Assembly: GCA_001797275.1 (NCBI GenBank)
Contig: MGOY01000025.1
Coordinates: forward strand, 30,964 to 94,963
DNA from: Clostridiales bacterium GWF2_38_85
GTDB taxonomy: Bacteria; Bacillota; Clostridia; Oscillospirales; CAG-382
Reading direction: 5' to 3'
DNA: 64,000 nucleotides
The notes beneath the pieces were generated by a model that saw nothing but the letters and a program-made list of their open reading frames with translations, was not told where the DNA came from and made no database searches. Every line of letters starts with the position of its first letter. Positions within the stretch are counted from its first letter, which is position 1. The position numbers were made by a program, and so were the translations under genes. This document shows positions 19,834 through 30,273 of the stretch, piece after piece.

Positions 19834-20655
19834 ATGAAAAAACCGGTTGCAATACAGCTTTATTCGGTACGCGAGCAGTGCGAGAAAGATTTTCCCGGCA
19901 CACTTACAGAACTGAAAAGAATGGGATATAACGGTGTTGAGTTTGCAGGCCTTTACGGCTACACCGCAAAAGAAGTCAAGGTACTGCTCAAGGATATCGG
20001 ACTTACTCCCATTTCCGCACACGTTTCCTACGAGGACATGACAACAAAAACCGAACAGATGATATCTGACTACTCTGAAATCGGTGTAAAATACATCGGC
20101 ATACCTTACCTTGTTGAAGAGCATAGACCGGGCGGTGCAAAATACGCTGAAACAATCGCAAGCATGAAGGAGTTGTCAACATTGCTTAAAGCAAAGGGTA
20201 TCCAGCTTCTCTACCACAACCACGACTTCGAGTTCACAAAAATTGATGGCAAATATATGCTTGACATACTCTACACTGACCTTTCAAAGGACGAACTTCA
20301 GACAGAGCTTGACCTCTGTTGGGTTGCTGTCGGCGGTGAGAATCCTGCAAATTATCTCAGAAAATACAGTGGTCGCGCTCCGGTTGTCCACTTCAAGGAT
20401 TTTTACATAGAAGGTCAAACCGGTGCTAAGCTCTATGATTTGATAGGCATTGACGACAATAAACCAGCTGATAAAAGCACCTTCGAATATAGACCAATCG
20501 GTACGGGACTTCAGGACATCGGCGCAATGCTGAAGGCTGTCGATGATGCTGGTTGCGAATGGATCATCATTGAACAGGATGAACCGACAGCATCAAAACC
20601 CTACTCACGTTTGGAATGTGCAGAGATAAGCATAATAAATCTGAAAAAATATTAA
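19834..20655 (+). CDS. Sugar phosphate isomerase/epimerase (IolE/AP-endonuclease-2 TIM barrel)
   Basis: QLYSVR, GVEFAG, YHNHDFEF, ELD..W, HFKD and EQD motifs. Confidence 0.88.
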   Translation: MKKPVAIQLYSVREQCEKDFPGTLTELKRMGYNGVEFAGLYGYTAKEVKVLLKDIGLTPISAHVSYEDMTTKTEQMISDYSEIGVKYIGIPYLVEEHRPGGAKYAETIASMKELSTLLKAKGIQLLYHNHDFEFTKIDGKYMLDILYTDLSKDELQTELDLCWVAVGGENPANYLRKYSGRAPVVHFKDFYIEGQTGAKLYDLIGIDDNKPADKSTFEYRPIGTGLQDIGAMLKAVDDAGCEWIIIEQDEPTASKPYSRLECAEISIINLKKY

Positions 20656-20755
20656 TTTTTTCAGATATTCGAGTTTTATGCTTCATGGCATCCAGCATAT
20701 CCATGAAGCATAAAACATCGGCATTCTGTTATTTATGAAAGGATTTATAATATAT
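20641..20755 (+). repeat. Family A element, copy A7 (two-way variant)
   Basis: CTGAAAAAA-TATTAA-TTTTTTCAG with the upstream stop codon in the loop, then CGAGTTTTATGCTTCATGG...CCATGAAGCATAAAACATCG, then the GAAAGGA RBS. Confidence 0.7.
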
Positions 20756-21781
20756 ATGCTTAGCGAAAACCTATACCTGAAAAGACCTCTCGTATTCAGA
20801 GCAGACGGCAGCTTTAAAATAATGCTGTTCTCAGACCTTCACGGTGTACCAAATCATGATCCCCGCCTTAAAAGAGGCATAACTGAAATGGTTAAAGCTC
20901 AAAAACCCGACTTAGTATTCCTGAACGGCGACCAGATGTATGGGCTTGAGACTGTTGAGCAGGTTAAAAACTATCTGACTGATATTACGGAAGTGCTTGA
21001 GAAAAATCAAATTCCGTGGGCGCATGTCTATGGCAACCATGATTCCGAAGCCGGACTCTGCAAGGAAGAACAACAGAAAATCTATGAAAGCTTCGATTAT
21101 TGTATCTCGAAAAGAGGGCCGGTTGATATACACGGTGTCGGAAATTTTGTTCTTCCAATCAAATCAAGCAAAGATGGCACGATAAAATTCAACATTTGGG
21201 GCATTGATTCGCTCCAGTACATAAACGCATATGATGAGGAATTCAATGTCTCTGCCACAAACGGTTATAGGTCTGTGCTGCCAAAGCATTTTTCAAACGG
21301 CACCTACTACGATACAATCCGTTTCGACCAGATAATGTGGTATTATAACAGCTCTAAGGAGTTTGAAGTCTATAACAAAGCGAAAATACCTGCGCTTATG
21401 TTCTTTCACATAGCAATCCCGGAGCATATGCTGATTTACATGAACCCTGTCGAAACGGCAATGAACGGAGCATTCAACGAGAATGTTTGCTGTCCTGAGC
21501 TTAACAGCGGCTTGTTCAGCGCGGCCGTTCAGAGAGGCGATGTCAGGGGTATTTATGTCGGTCACGATCACAACAACACCTACGACGGCATCTACTGTGG
21601 TGTGCATCTCGGCTTCGACAGCGCAATGGGCTTCAACAGCTACGGTATGTCGGGTGAAACACAGACAGAACAGTCAAGCTGCCGCGGCTGCAGGGTTTTT
21701 GAGCTGAACGAACAAAATCCGGCGGACTATAAAACCTATATGTTAAGAGTAGTCGATTTTATTGATGTTGAAAGGATTTAA
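20756..21781 (+). CDS. Calcineurin-like metallophosphoesterase (Dcr2/PAP-like)
   Basis: SDLH, NGD, GNHD, FFH and GHDH metal-binding motifs. Confidence 0.88.
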   Translation: MLSENLYLKRPLVFRADGSFKIMLFSDLHGVPNHDPRLKRGITEMVKAQKPDLVFLNGDQMYGLETVEQVKNYLTDITEVLEKNQIPWAHVYGNHDSEAGLCKEEQQKIYESFDYCISKRGPVDIHGVGNFVLPIKSSKDGTIKFNIWGIDSLQYINAYDEEFNVSATNGYRSVLPKHFSNGTYYDTIRFDQIMWYYNSSKEFEVYNKAKIPALMFFHIAIPEHMLIYMNPVETAMNGAFNENVCCPELNSGLFSAAVQRGDVRGIYVGHDHNNTYDGIYCGVHLGFDSAMGFNSYGMSGETQTEQSSCRGCRVFELNEQNPADYKTYMLRVVDFIDVERI

Positions 21782-21782
21782 T

Positions 21783-23867
21783 ATGAGAGTAGCCAACGGA
21801 GTATACAGATGCACCTTCGGAAAACCCGAAGCATTGACTGCCGAAAAATTCATCAAGGCGGAAGCAAAGCTTGACAAGATAAATAAATTGTCTGACCTAC
21901 CCTCACCATTTGGTGTGAATGCAGAAAAAATTGAATATGAGCAGAATAAAGAAGGAACAATCCTGACACTGCCTATGCTTGATACTGAGAATATATACGG
22001 CTTCGGACTGCAAATGAAAAGCGTCATCCATACCGCACGCAAGAAATTTTTGCGTACCAACGCCGATCCGAAATCCGACGCAGGTGACAGCCATGCACCT
22101 GTTCCCTTCTATGTTTCAACCTTTGACGACAAAACCGCATACGGACTGTTAATTGAAACAGCAAGATACACAACCTTCTACTGCGGCAGCAGTAAAAAGC
22201 TGAACAAAGGTAAAACCGAAGTCGAAGCGAGCGGCTTCGAACAGGAAAGCGCAACCGAAACCTTTTATATCGGTCAGAAAAAGAAAAATATGCAGATGGT
22301 TATCAGTATTGAGAAGGTTGAAGGCTGCGACATCATCCTGTTCACCGGCGAAACGCCCGACGAAGTCTGCCGCAAGTACATCCTGTACTCCGGTGGTGGC
22401 TGTATGCCTCCTCTCTACGGTATGGGTGTCTGGTATAGAATGGACATGTACTTTAAACAGGAGGAAATCCTGAAGAGTGCAAAAAAGATGAAGGAAGACA
22501 ATATGCCTGTGTCTATCATCGGACTTGAACCCGGCTGGCAAACAATGGCTTATTCCTGCTCGTTCAAGTTCAATACCGACCGCTACCCCGATCCCGACAG
22601 GATGCTTGAAGAAATGACCGAAATGGGCTACAAGATGAACCTCTGGGAGCATGCATTCACGCATCCGGCCAGCCCGATTTACAAGGCTCTTCTGCCATAT
22701 GCGGGCGATTACGAGGTATGGGGCGGTCTTGTACCTGATTTTGCAACTAAAGAAGCAAGAGGAATTTTTGGCAAATATCATAAAGAAACACTGATTGACA
22801 AAGGCTTTTCAGGCTTCAAGCTCGACGAGTGCGACGGCTCTGACCTGACCGGTGGCTGGACATACCCAAATATGGCACAGTTCCCATCCGGACTGAACGG
22901 TGAACAGATGCACAGCATACTGCCACAGCTTTATCAACAGACAATGATTGAGCAGTTCCGTGAAAAAGGTATAAGAACACTCGGTGAGGTTCGTGCGCAG
23001 TTCAGCTATGCAGCACCCTATCCGTTCGTGCTGTACAGCGACCTTTACGGGCATGATGATTTCATTCGTGCGCTCATCAATATGGGATTTACCGGACTTC
23101 TGTTCTCTCCCGAAATCAGGGAAGCGGCAAGCAAGGACGATCTGTACAGACGAATCCTGTCGGGTGTGTTCTCTATAAAGCTTGAGTTCAACATCTTCTA
23201 TATGAAAAATCCACCCTGGTTTAACCATGTTATAAAAGAAAATAATAACGGTGTTGCTGACAAGGATGTTTCCGAAATCACAGACAAATGCAGAGAGCTG
23301 CTCAACATCAAAATGAAGCTGGTGCCATACCTTTACACTGCATTCCACAGATATTACACCGACGGAATACATCCGTTCCGCTCGCTTCGCAGCATATACC
23401 CCGAGATTGCAGCTCAGGAAACAGTCGAGGGTTGCGCTTTGGGCAACGACATCATCGTCTATCCGTTGACTGTCGCACAGAACAAGGTGAAAATCTACCT
23501 GCCCAAAGGGCAATGGTATGAATTTTTCACCAATGAGCTATTTGAAGGCGGAAAACAGTATGAGCTTGAGTATGCGTCAAACAGAATACCTGTGTTCGTG
23601 AAGGCAGGAACAATCCTGCCGATGCTCGAAAACACAATGCTTGACCTGAACAAGGATATGATGGAGATCACACCGTATATCTATCCGAATAAATCGGGTA
23701 ACGCAAAATGTGAGCTGTACGAGGACGACGGTATCAGCTACGGCTACGAGAACGGTGAGTACAACATCTATAAACTCACCTACAAGGACGGCGGTCTCAG
23801 GATTGACAAAAAAGGCAAATACAACGGCAAAAAAGCAGTGTTCTCAACGTATAAGGTTGTAAAGTAA
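21783..23867 (+). CDS. Glycoside hydrolase family 31
   Basis: IYGFG, PVPFY, ERYPDP-like (DRYPDP), PDF, GFKLDE nucleophile region, LVPYLY, YLPKGQW, IPVFVKAG and YEDDG motifs. Confidence 0.88.
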   Translation: MRVANGVYRCTFGKPEALTAEKFIKAEAKLDKINKLSDLPSPFGVNAEKIEYEQNKEGTILTLPMLDTENIYGFGLQMKSVIHTARKKFLRTNADPKSDAGDSHAPVPFYVSTFDDKTAYGLLIETARYTTFYCGSSKKLNKGKTEVEASGFEQESATETFYIGQKKKNMQMVISIEKVEGCDIILFTGETPDEVCRKYILYSGGGCMPPLYGMGVWYRMDMYFKQEEILKSAKKMKEDNMPVSIIGLEPGWQTMAYSCSFKFNTDRYPDPDRMLEEMTEMGYKMNLWEHAFTHPASPIYKALLPYAGDYEVWGGLVPDFATKEARGIFGKYHKETLIDKGFSGFKLDECDGSDLTGGWTYPNMAQFPSGLNGEQMHSILPQLYQQTMIEQFREKGIRTLGEVRAQFSYAAPYPFVLYSDLYGHDDFIRALINMGFTGLLFSPEIREAASKDDLYRRILSGVFSIKLEFNIFYMKNPPWFNHVIKENNNGVADKDVSEITDKCRELLNIKMKLVPYLYTAFHRYYTDGIHPFRSLRSIYPEIAAQETVEGCALGNDIIVYPLTVAQNKVKIYLPKGQWYEFFTNELFEGGKQYELEYASNRIPVFVKAGTILPMLENTMLDLNKDMMEITPYIYPNKSGNAKCELYEDDGISYGYENGEYNIYKLTYKDGGLRIDKKGKYNGKKAVFSTYKVVK

Positions 23868-23901
23868 ATAATTATATAACATATTCCGAATTTTGTCAAA
23901 T

Positions 23902-23928
23902 AAAAAAGGCGGATATATGTCCGCCCTT
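23902..23928 (-). terminator. Intrinsic terminator between convergent GH31 and asd
   Basis: Stem GGCGGA/TCCGCC with an A6 run on the left. Confidence 0.65.
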
Positions 23929-23993
23929 ATAACATGTTATGTTTACGCTGAGAGCAAGCCCCGGCCCAACATTAATTATTCATTATTTGCTAT

Positions 23994-25061
23994 TTAATAC
24001 AAATATCCTTCTTTGTATAACAGCTCTGCAATCAGGACTGCGCCGCCGGCAGCTCCCCTGAGTGTATTATGCGACAGACCGATGAATTTGCAGTCGAATA
24101 AGTTGTCTTCTCTCAGACGGCCAACACTGATTGCCATTCCGCCTTCAAGCTCACGGTCAAGCTTTGTCTGAGGACGGTTATCCTCTTCAAAGTAATGGAT
24201 AAACTGTTTCGGAGCCGATGGGAGGTCAACACCCTTGAAATCTACCCAGCATGCTTTGATTTCGTCCATGCTTGGCTTTTTGTCTACAAATTTAACGAAC
24301 ACTGCCGCAAGGTGACCGTCGGAAACAGGAACACGAATGCATTGTGCTGTGATTACAGGTGTTGTTGCAGCCTTTATCTCGCCGTCTTTTATTTCGCCCC
24401 AAATCTTCAGCGGTTCTTTTTCACTCTTCTCTTCCTCGCCACCGATGTATGGGATTACATTGTCGATCATCTCAGGAAATTCCTTGAAGGTCTTGCCTGC
24501 GCCTGAAATAGCCTGATATGTGCAGACAGCAACTTCCTTGACACCAAACTTGAGTAGAACTTGGAGAGCAGGAACATAGCTCTGAATTGAGCAGTTTGGT
24601 TTTACAGCGATGAAGCCTTTTTTTGTTCCAAGTCGTTTCTTTTGTGAATCGATTATAGCAAGGTGTTGAGGATTAATTTCGGGGATAACCATTGGGACAT
24701 CGGAAGTCCAGCGGTTAGCTGAGTTGTTTGAAACAACAGGGATTTCCGCTTTTGCATAGGTTTCCTCAAGCTTTTTGATCTCGTACTTCTTCATATCAAC
24801 TGCACAGAAAACAAAGTCGCAGTTCGCTTTTACTGTTTCGAGATCTGCCGCATCATATACCATCATAGCTTTGACAGCTTCGGGTATTTCTGTTGTCAGC
24901 TTCCATCTGCCCTCGATAGCTTCCGCATAGGGTTTACCTGCACTGCGGCTGCTTGCTGCAAGGAATGAAAGTTCAAAATACGGATGGTTCTGTAACAGCA
25001 ATATAAAACGCTGCCCGACCATACCTGTTGCTCCGACTACGCCGGCACGGATTTTTTTCAT
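23994..25061 (-). CDS. asd: Aspartate-semialdehyde dehydrogenase
   Basis: GATGMVGQ, PNCS (catalytic Cys), QAISGAG, RVPVSDGH and HNTLRGAAG motifs. Confidence 0.96.
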   Translation of the reverse strand: MKKIRAGVVGATGMVGQRFILLLQNHPYFELSFLAASSRSAGKPYAEAIEGRWKLTTEIPEAVKAMMVYDAADLETVKANCDFVFCAVDMKKYEIKKLEETYAKAEIPVVSNNSANRWTSDVPMVIPEINPQHLAIIDSQKKRLGTKKGFIAVKPNCSIQSYVPALQVLLKFGVKEVAVCTYQAISGAGKTFKEFPEMIDNVIPYIGGEEEKSEKEPLKIWGEIKDGEIKAATTPVITAQCIRVPVSDGHLAAVFVKFVDKKPSMDEIKACWVDFKGVDLPSAPKQFIHYFEEDNRPQTKLDRELEGGMAISVGRLREDNLFDCKFIGLSHNTLRGAAGGAVLIAELLYKEGYLY

Positions 25062-25080
25062 ATATATGTTTCTCCTATTA

Positions 25081-25554
25081 TCAAATTAATTCTTTATATA
25101 TACCCGGTGAACTATCCTCAATGACAGTCGCACCGCAACACTTCTTGTAGTACTCAACAGGACCTGCTGAACCGATGATTGCATAACCGTAGCCCTCGTC
25201 ACGCATTGCCTCAAAACAACGCATCAGAAGCGCACTGCCGATGCCTTTATTGCGATAAGTGGGATCAACGCCGGTCGGCCCGAAGAAGTCCCTGTATGTA
25301 CAATCATAGCCGGCAAACCCGATTATCTTCTTTTCTTTTACATCATATGCAATGAAGCAGGAAACGGGGAATCTGGTGAAGGCGGTTTCGATTTCATTTG
25401 CCCAACCATCCGAGAAGGTTGCTCTTGCGAAAGCACTGACTTTCGCTTTGTTGGGTGTCATCGGGCGTATAATCCTGATTCCTTCATCCTCAACCTTTTT
25501 ATACAACTCACTGTTGTCTCCGATATTGTACAGCTTAACTAACATATCAGGCAT
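25081..25554 (-). CDS. GNAT-family N-acetyltransferase
   Basis: FGPTGVDPTYRNKGIG motif. Confidence 0.88.
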   Translation of the reverse strand: MPDMLVKLYNIGDNSELYKKVEDEGIRIIRPMTPNKAKVSAFARATFSDGWANEIETAFTRFPVSCFIAYDVKEKKIIGFAGYDCTYRDFFGPTGVDPTYRNKGIGSALLMRCFEAMRDEGYGYAIIGSAGPVEYYKKCCGATVIEDSSPGIYKELI

Positions 25555-25664
25555 GATTGTGCCTCCTAAAATATCGTTTTTTGTCGGGACAGAAGTGTTA
25601 CCATCCCCTAAATTGTTTTACGGAACGAGTTAACACAGTCTGTCTGTATTGCAAATTATTATAT

Positions 25665-25695
25665 TTGCGGGGACAGCATTATGCTATCCCCGCAA
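25665..25695. terminator. Strong hairpin downstream of ftsZ (probable terminator/stabiliser)
   Basis: TTGCGGGGACAGCA-TTA-TGCTATCCCCGCAA; no long U-tract. Confidence 0.55.
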
Positions 25696-25762
25696 CTTAT
25701 TTGAAAAATATAAAACTAATAATTGAATTATCTTATTAATTTGTTAGTTTAATATTGTAATA

Positions 25763-26893
25763 TTAGCGAGTTGTGCTTTCTGTTCTGCGATTTTTATTAA
25801 GCATTTCAATAATTGCGTTGATATCCTCTTCGCCTTGTTCTGTTGCAGGAGCCTGTTCGCTCTTCTTTTCGTCTGTCTTTGCAGCTGCCGGAGCTTGTCT
25901 CTTAATTTCTGTATTGCGTTTGTCAATATCAAAGCCAGTAGCAATAACAGTGATGTGCATCTCGTCTTCGAGTGTGTTGTCAAAGGTTGCACCGAAGATG
26001 AAGGTTGCATCCGGATGAGCTTCGTTGGAGATCATGTTTGCAGCTGTATCGATTTCTTCAAGTCCGACATCAGGAGAAGCGGTAATGCTTACAACAATAC
26101 CCTTAGCGCCTGTGATGTTGGTTTCGAGAAGCGGGCTGGACATAGCAAGCTTAGCAGCCATTTCAGCCTTATCCTTGCCTTTTGCGGTACCAACACCCAT
26201 GTGAGCAAGCCCTGCGTTGTTCATCACAGCAGTTATATCTGCAAAGTCAAGGTTGATGTATCCGTCAACGGTGATAAGCTCACAGATGCTCTGGACACCG
26301 CGTCTGAGAACATCATCTGCTTCGAGGAACGCGTTGAGAAAGGTAATCTTTTTATCTGTAAGCAGTTTTAATCTTTCGTTCGGGATAACAAGCAGAGAGT
26401 CAACATACTCACGAAGCTTCTTTATACCTTCGTCAGCTTGTGCTGCACGTCTTTTCCCTTCGAACGAGAACGGCTTTGTAACAACAGCAACTGTAAGGAT
26501 TCCGAGTTCCTTCGCAATCTTAGCTATAATAGGAGCTGCACCTGTTCCGGTACCGCCACCCATACCTGCGGTTAGAAATACCATATCTGCGCCTTTTAGC
26601 GCTGCGGTTATGTCTTCTTCAGACTCCATAGCAGCTCTTTCGCCAAGCTCAGGGTTGCTTCCTGCACCGTGACCTTTTGTTATTCTTTCGCCGATTTGTA
26701 TTTTCAAAGGTGCATTTGATTTAACTAATATAGCTTTATCGGTGTTTATGTTGATAAATTCGACACCCTGTACATTAGCGTCAAGCATTCTGTTAACAGC
26801 ATTTCCACCACCGCCACCAATGCCCACTACTTTAATATTAACAGCAATATCTGATACGTTTGTAAATTCCATTGGCATTATATTTCCTCCCAC
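25763..26893 (-). CDS. ftsZ: Cell division protein FtsZ
   Basis: [10 protein letters not shown], tubulin signature GMGGGTGTG and INLDFAD. Confidence 0.98.
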   Translation of the reverse strand: MGGNIMPMEFTNVSDIAVNIKVVGIGGGGGNAVNRMLDANVQGVEFININTDKAILVKSNAPLKIQIGERITKGHGAGSNPELGERAAMESEEDITAALKGADMVFLTAGMGGGTGTGAAPIIAKIAKELGILTVAVVTKPFSFEGKRRAAQADEGIKKLREYVDSLLVIPNERLKLLTDKKITFLNAFLEADDVLRRGVQSICELITVDGYINLDFADITAVMNNAGLAHMGVGTAKGKDKAEMAAKLAMSSPLLETNITGAKGIVVSITASPDVGLEEIDTAANMISNEAHPDATFIFGATFDNTLEDEMHITVIATGFDIDKRNTEIKRQAPAAAKTDEKKSEQAPATEQGEEDINAIIEMLNKNRRTESTTR

Positions 26894-27001
26894 ATAAAAT
26901 AAATACTTCTTCTTATATAATAATAAATTTTTTTGTTAAATGCAAGTGTTTTTCGAATTATTTTCGATATTTTTAGAAATATCACAACATTTCTCCCAAA
27001 T

Positions 27002-27811
27002 CTATGTTGTTTTCTCAAGAACACCTTCTTTAAAGGAACCTCGTGCAATATTGGAAACGTCAATTCGACCGCTTTGGTCTTCGTACAACTCGTCTATTAT
27101 TTTGCCTAAAAATCTGATTTTTAAATCGCAATTTTGAATATCTCCGAGGTATATTATAAATCTGTTCTCATATCTCAGCCAAATATCGAAACGCGACGAA
27201 ACGTCGACTTCAGTTATTCTGCCGCTTTCGAAGTTGCTAATGATAGTTTTATTCAGTATTTTAAGGACGTCCAAGGTTGCTTCATCCCTGAATACAATAT
27301 ATTTGCCGACAACACATTTCTTTATGTTTGTTGATACAAGCTCGGGAAGTTGATTGACCATTTCTCTGTTGCCTGTCATCTCAAGTACAAGAAGGTCTTC
27401 GGACAACAGGAAGTATTCGCTGTTCAGTTCGATATACATTGATGCGTTCTTCTCAACAACCGAAAGCTCAAGCGTTGAAGGTAGTTTGCGTGTTATTTCA
27501 AGCGATGTTATATAGGGTAGCTCGCTTTTCACCGTATTTTCGACATCTGCAGTGAAGAAATTATACATGTTGTCGCCCTTCTCAACCGGAAGTGCTTCAA
27601 TAATCTGTTCAGCCGAGTATCGTTGATTTCCTTCGGTAGTTATATTTCTGATTTTAAGCAGCACAAGGAAGACAAGAGAAAAGAACACAACATTGACAAA
27701 AACAACCAAAGAAACATAAAAAACTCTTCGTCTTAGCTTTTTATGATCTCTTTGCCGTCTGATAATCTCGTTGGACACAAGCTTACGTTTATATTTTAAT
27801 CGATCAGCCAT
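27002..27811 (-). CDS. ftsQ: Cell division protein FtsQ/DivIB
   Basis: TM helix then POTRA domain (I..EGNQRYS..I; LPSTL..V.E); position between murG and ftsZ. Confidence 0.85.
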   Translation of the reverse strand: MADRLKYKRKLVSNEIIRRQRDHKKLRRRVFYVSLVVFVNVVFFSLVFLVLLKIRNITTEGNQRYSAEQIIEALPVEKGDNMYNFFTADVENTVKSELPYITSLEITRKLPSTLELSVVEKNASMYIELNSEYFLLSEDLLVLEMTGNREMVNQLPELVSTNIKKCVVGKYIVFRDEATLDVLKILNKTIISNFESGRITEVDVSSRFDIWLRYENRFIIYLGDIQNCDLKIRFLGKIIDELYEDQSGRIDVSNIARGSFKEGVLEKTT

Positions 27812-27853
27812 TTATATGTCATCCCTTCCGAAGATTGAGTAATATCTGCTTGT

Positions 27854-28972
27854 CTATTTCAATGCCTGTTTAATTTCCTGATATATTTTTGTATCAGCAT
27901 CGGATGCTGAGAACTTTCTGATATTTTTGCTGAACAGCATCCTCTTTTCGCTGTCATTGATCAGCTGCTTAACTGTTTCGGCAAGTTTTTCTGCATCGCA
28001 TTCACTTTCACGGTATACGATTGCAGCCTTCGCATCTGCAAGTACTGCTGCATTCTTGTATTGGTGATCCTCAGCAACATATGGTGAGGGGATCAGAATG
28101 GCAGGTTTGCCCAGATAAGCAAGCTCGGCAAGAGTTATCGCACCTGCCCTGCCTATAACAAGGTCGGCTGCTGCCATTCTGATCGGCATATCGTAAATAT
28201 ATTCGCAGATTTCGACTCTCGGATTGTTCATCAGCTTTTTTTCTTCTGCGAATGCTTTGAACTTCTCCCAACCGATTGAACCGGTTGCATGGATATGATA
28301 CACATTGTCTGTTTTCGAAGTGGTTTCCATCATACCGATGCAGTATTTGTTAATTGCATCTGCACCCATGCTGCCGCCGTATGAGAGTATATAGAATGAA
28401 TCAAGAGGAATACCGAGCATTCTTCTGGCTTCTTCACTGCTGTAAATAAATTTATCTGTTTTAACAGGGTTGCCTGTAAAAACTATTCTGTCCTGAAGTT
28501 CGGGTGCGAAGTATTTTCTGCTCTCCTCAAAGCTGATACATATACGCGAAGCATATTTTGAAAGCATCTTTGTTGTTACGCCGGGGAACGCATTCTGCTC
28601 ATGTATAACAACGGGTATACCTGCTTTCCCTGCTGCTTTTATCGCTGCCCAGCTGACAAATCCGCCTGTACCGAAAGCAATATCGGGTTTGAATTCTTTT
28701 ATGTACTTTTTTGCAGTCATAACCGAAGTGACGGCTTTTATTGCCGCATCAATATTTTTCATTGACAGATTTCTTTGAAAGCCTCTGACCTTTACAAATT
28801 TTATATTATACCCTTCGTTCGGTACTAATTTTGCTTCAATTCTATCTTCGGTTCCGATGAAGAGGATTTCTGAATTTTTATTAAGTGATTTTATTTTATT
28901 TGCAACCGCAAGCGCAGGATTGACATGACCACCGGTTCCGCCGCCGCTGATTATTATTCTCAAAGGATTCAC
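27854..28972 (-). CDS. murG: MurG lipid I GlcNAc transferase
   Basis: GGGTGGHV, HEQNA, TGNPV, GGSMGA, RAGA and HQYKNA motifs. Confidence 0.97.
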   Translation of the reverse strand: MNPLRIIISGGGTGGHVNPALAVANKIKSLNKNSEILFIGTEDRIEAKLVPNEGYNIKFVKVRGFQRNLSMKNIDAAIKAVTSVMTAKKYIKEFKPDIAFGTGGFVSWAAIKAAGKAGIPVVIHEQNAFPGVTTKMLSKYASRICISFEESRKYFAPELQDRIVFTGNPVKTDKFIYSSEEARRMLGIPLDSFYILSYGGSMGADAINKYCIGMMETTSKTDNVYHIHATGSIGWEKFKAFAEEKKLMNNPRVEICEYIYDMPIRMAAADLVIGRAGAITLAELAYLGKPAILIPSPYVAEDHQYKNAAVLADAKAAIVYRESECDAEKLAETVKQLINDSEKRMLFSKNIRKFSASDADTKIYQEIKQALK

Positions 28973-28978
28973 CCTTTC

Positions 28979-30196
28979 CTATTTACTTAGATACGAATAT
29001 CGTGATACCGATAATATCAGTCCCATTTCAAATAACAGAATCCAGAGAGATGTACCTCCATAGCTGAAGAAGGGCAGTGTTATACCTGTACTTGGTATTG
29101 TATTAGTAACGACAGCGATATTCAATATTACATGAATCGCAACATTTATTGTCAGTCCCATAACCATCAGTGAAGCAAAACGTGACGGTGCTTTTTTTGC
29201 GATAACAAATCCGCGCCATATAAGCAGTGCAAACAAAATTATTATTATTACTGCTCCAATAAACCCAAGCTCTTCGCATATTATCGCAAATATATAATCG
29301 TTTTGCGGTTCGGGAAGGAAGTTGTGTTTTTGATTGCTGCGTCCAAGACCTACGCCCCAGAATCCTCCCGATGTTATCGCATACAACGACTGCGCAGGCT
29401 GCCAGCCCTTTCCGCCCTCAGTGAACATATACGCAAACGGATCCTGCCAAACCATAAGCCGTATCTTTGCATGTTCAAAAACATTCGCGAGTATTGTTGC
29501 TCCTCCGGCACCGACAACTAAGGTAACAATCAGCCAGAATTTATTTGTACCGCCGATAAACATCATGACAAAAATCAAAATACAGATAATTATCATGCCC
29601 GAAAGGTGTTTCTGCATTGTCATGATGCCGACAATCATTATTACAAGTATGCCAAAAGGCAGAACACCGTATTTAAAGGTCTTCATTCTCGCTTGATTTA
29701 CGGTAACATACCACGAGATGAGAAGAATGACTCCGAGCTTTAAAAGCTCCGAAGGTTGGAAGTTAATCGGTCCCAATACCAGTTGCCTTTCAGCGCCACC
29801 GGCTTCAAGTGAAAATTTTGAGGTGAAAATAAGCAGTAAATTAAAAAATATTGCGACAATGAAAAACGGAATTGTAAATTTTCTGACTAATCGATAATCG
29901 CCAACTTTTGCTGTTATTGCAAGAATAAGCATACCACCGATAATCCAACCAAGCTGTTTTCTTGCAAAATAATAGCTGTCTTTGAACCAAGTCATCGCAT
30001 ATGCATAGCTTGCGGAAAAAATCATAACCGAACCAAAACAGACAAGTATTATTAGCAGAATCAGGAACGGACGGTCTACTTCACCAATGAAACGAATTAT
30101 ATCGCGCGGAGACTGAGTTTTTTCTCTGCGTTTTTTATTAATCCGGGTTTTCGGTTTTGTTTGCCCGGATGTTATTTGTGTGTTGCGGTTTGTCAT
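28979..30196 (-). CDS. ftsW: SEDS glycosyltransferase (FtsW/SpoVE)
   Basis: FQPSE, LPEPQNDYIF..EELG and GITLPFFSYGGTS motifs. Confidence 0.92.
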   Translation of the reverse strand: MTNRNTQITSGQTKPKTRINKKRREKTQSPRDIIRFIGEVDRPFLILLIILVCFGSVMIFSASYAYAMTWFKDSYYFARKQLGWIIGGMLILAITAKVGDYRLVRKFTIPFFIVAIFFNLLLIFTSKFSLEAGGAERQLVLGPINFQPSELLKLGVILLISWYVTVNQARMKTFKYGVLPFGILVIMIVGIMTMQKHLSGMIIICILIFVMMFIGGTNKFWLIVTLVVGAGGATILANVFEHAKIRLMVWQDPFAYMFTEGGKGWQPAQSLYAITSGGFWGVGLGRSNQKHNFLPEPQNDYIFAIICEELGFIGAVIIIILFALLIWRGFVIAKKAPSRFASLMVMGLTINVAIHVILNIAVVTNTIPSTGITLPFFSYGGTSLWILLFEMGLILSVSRYSYLSK

Positions 30197-30273
30197 AAAT
30201 TGATTCCGTCCCTAAACAACTGTTTTTATATATTGCTTAAACGGATGAATTTTTATCCAAAATAAAAGCAACA

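Noticed and set aside
22149-23513. Long antisense ORFs (210 and 234 aa) opposite GH31, and similar shadows opposite ftsZ, tlyA and xseA
   Set aside because: Shadow frames of well-supported genes, lacking RBS and motifs.
25586-25695. Two similar GGGACAG...ATCCCC hairpins after ftsZ as a repeat family
   Set aside because: Only two short, weakly similar local copies; simplest read as a terminator plus a leader hairpin.
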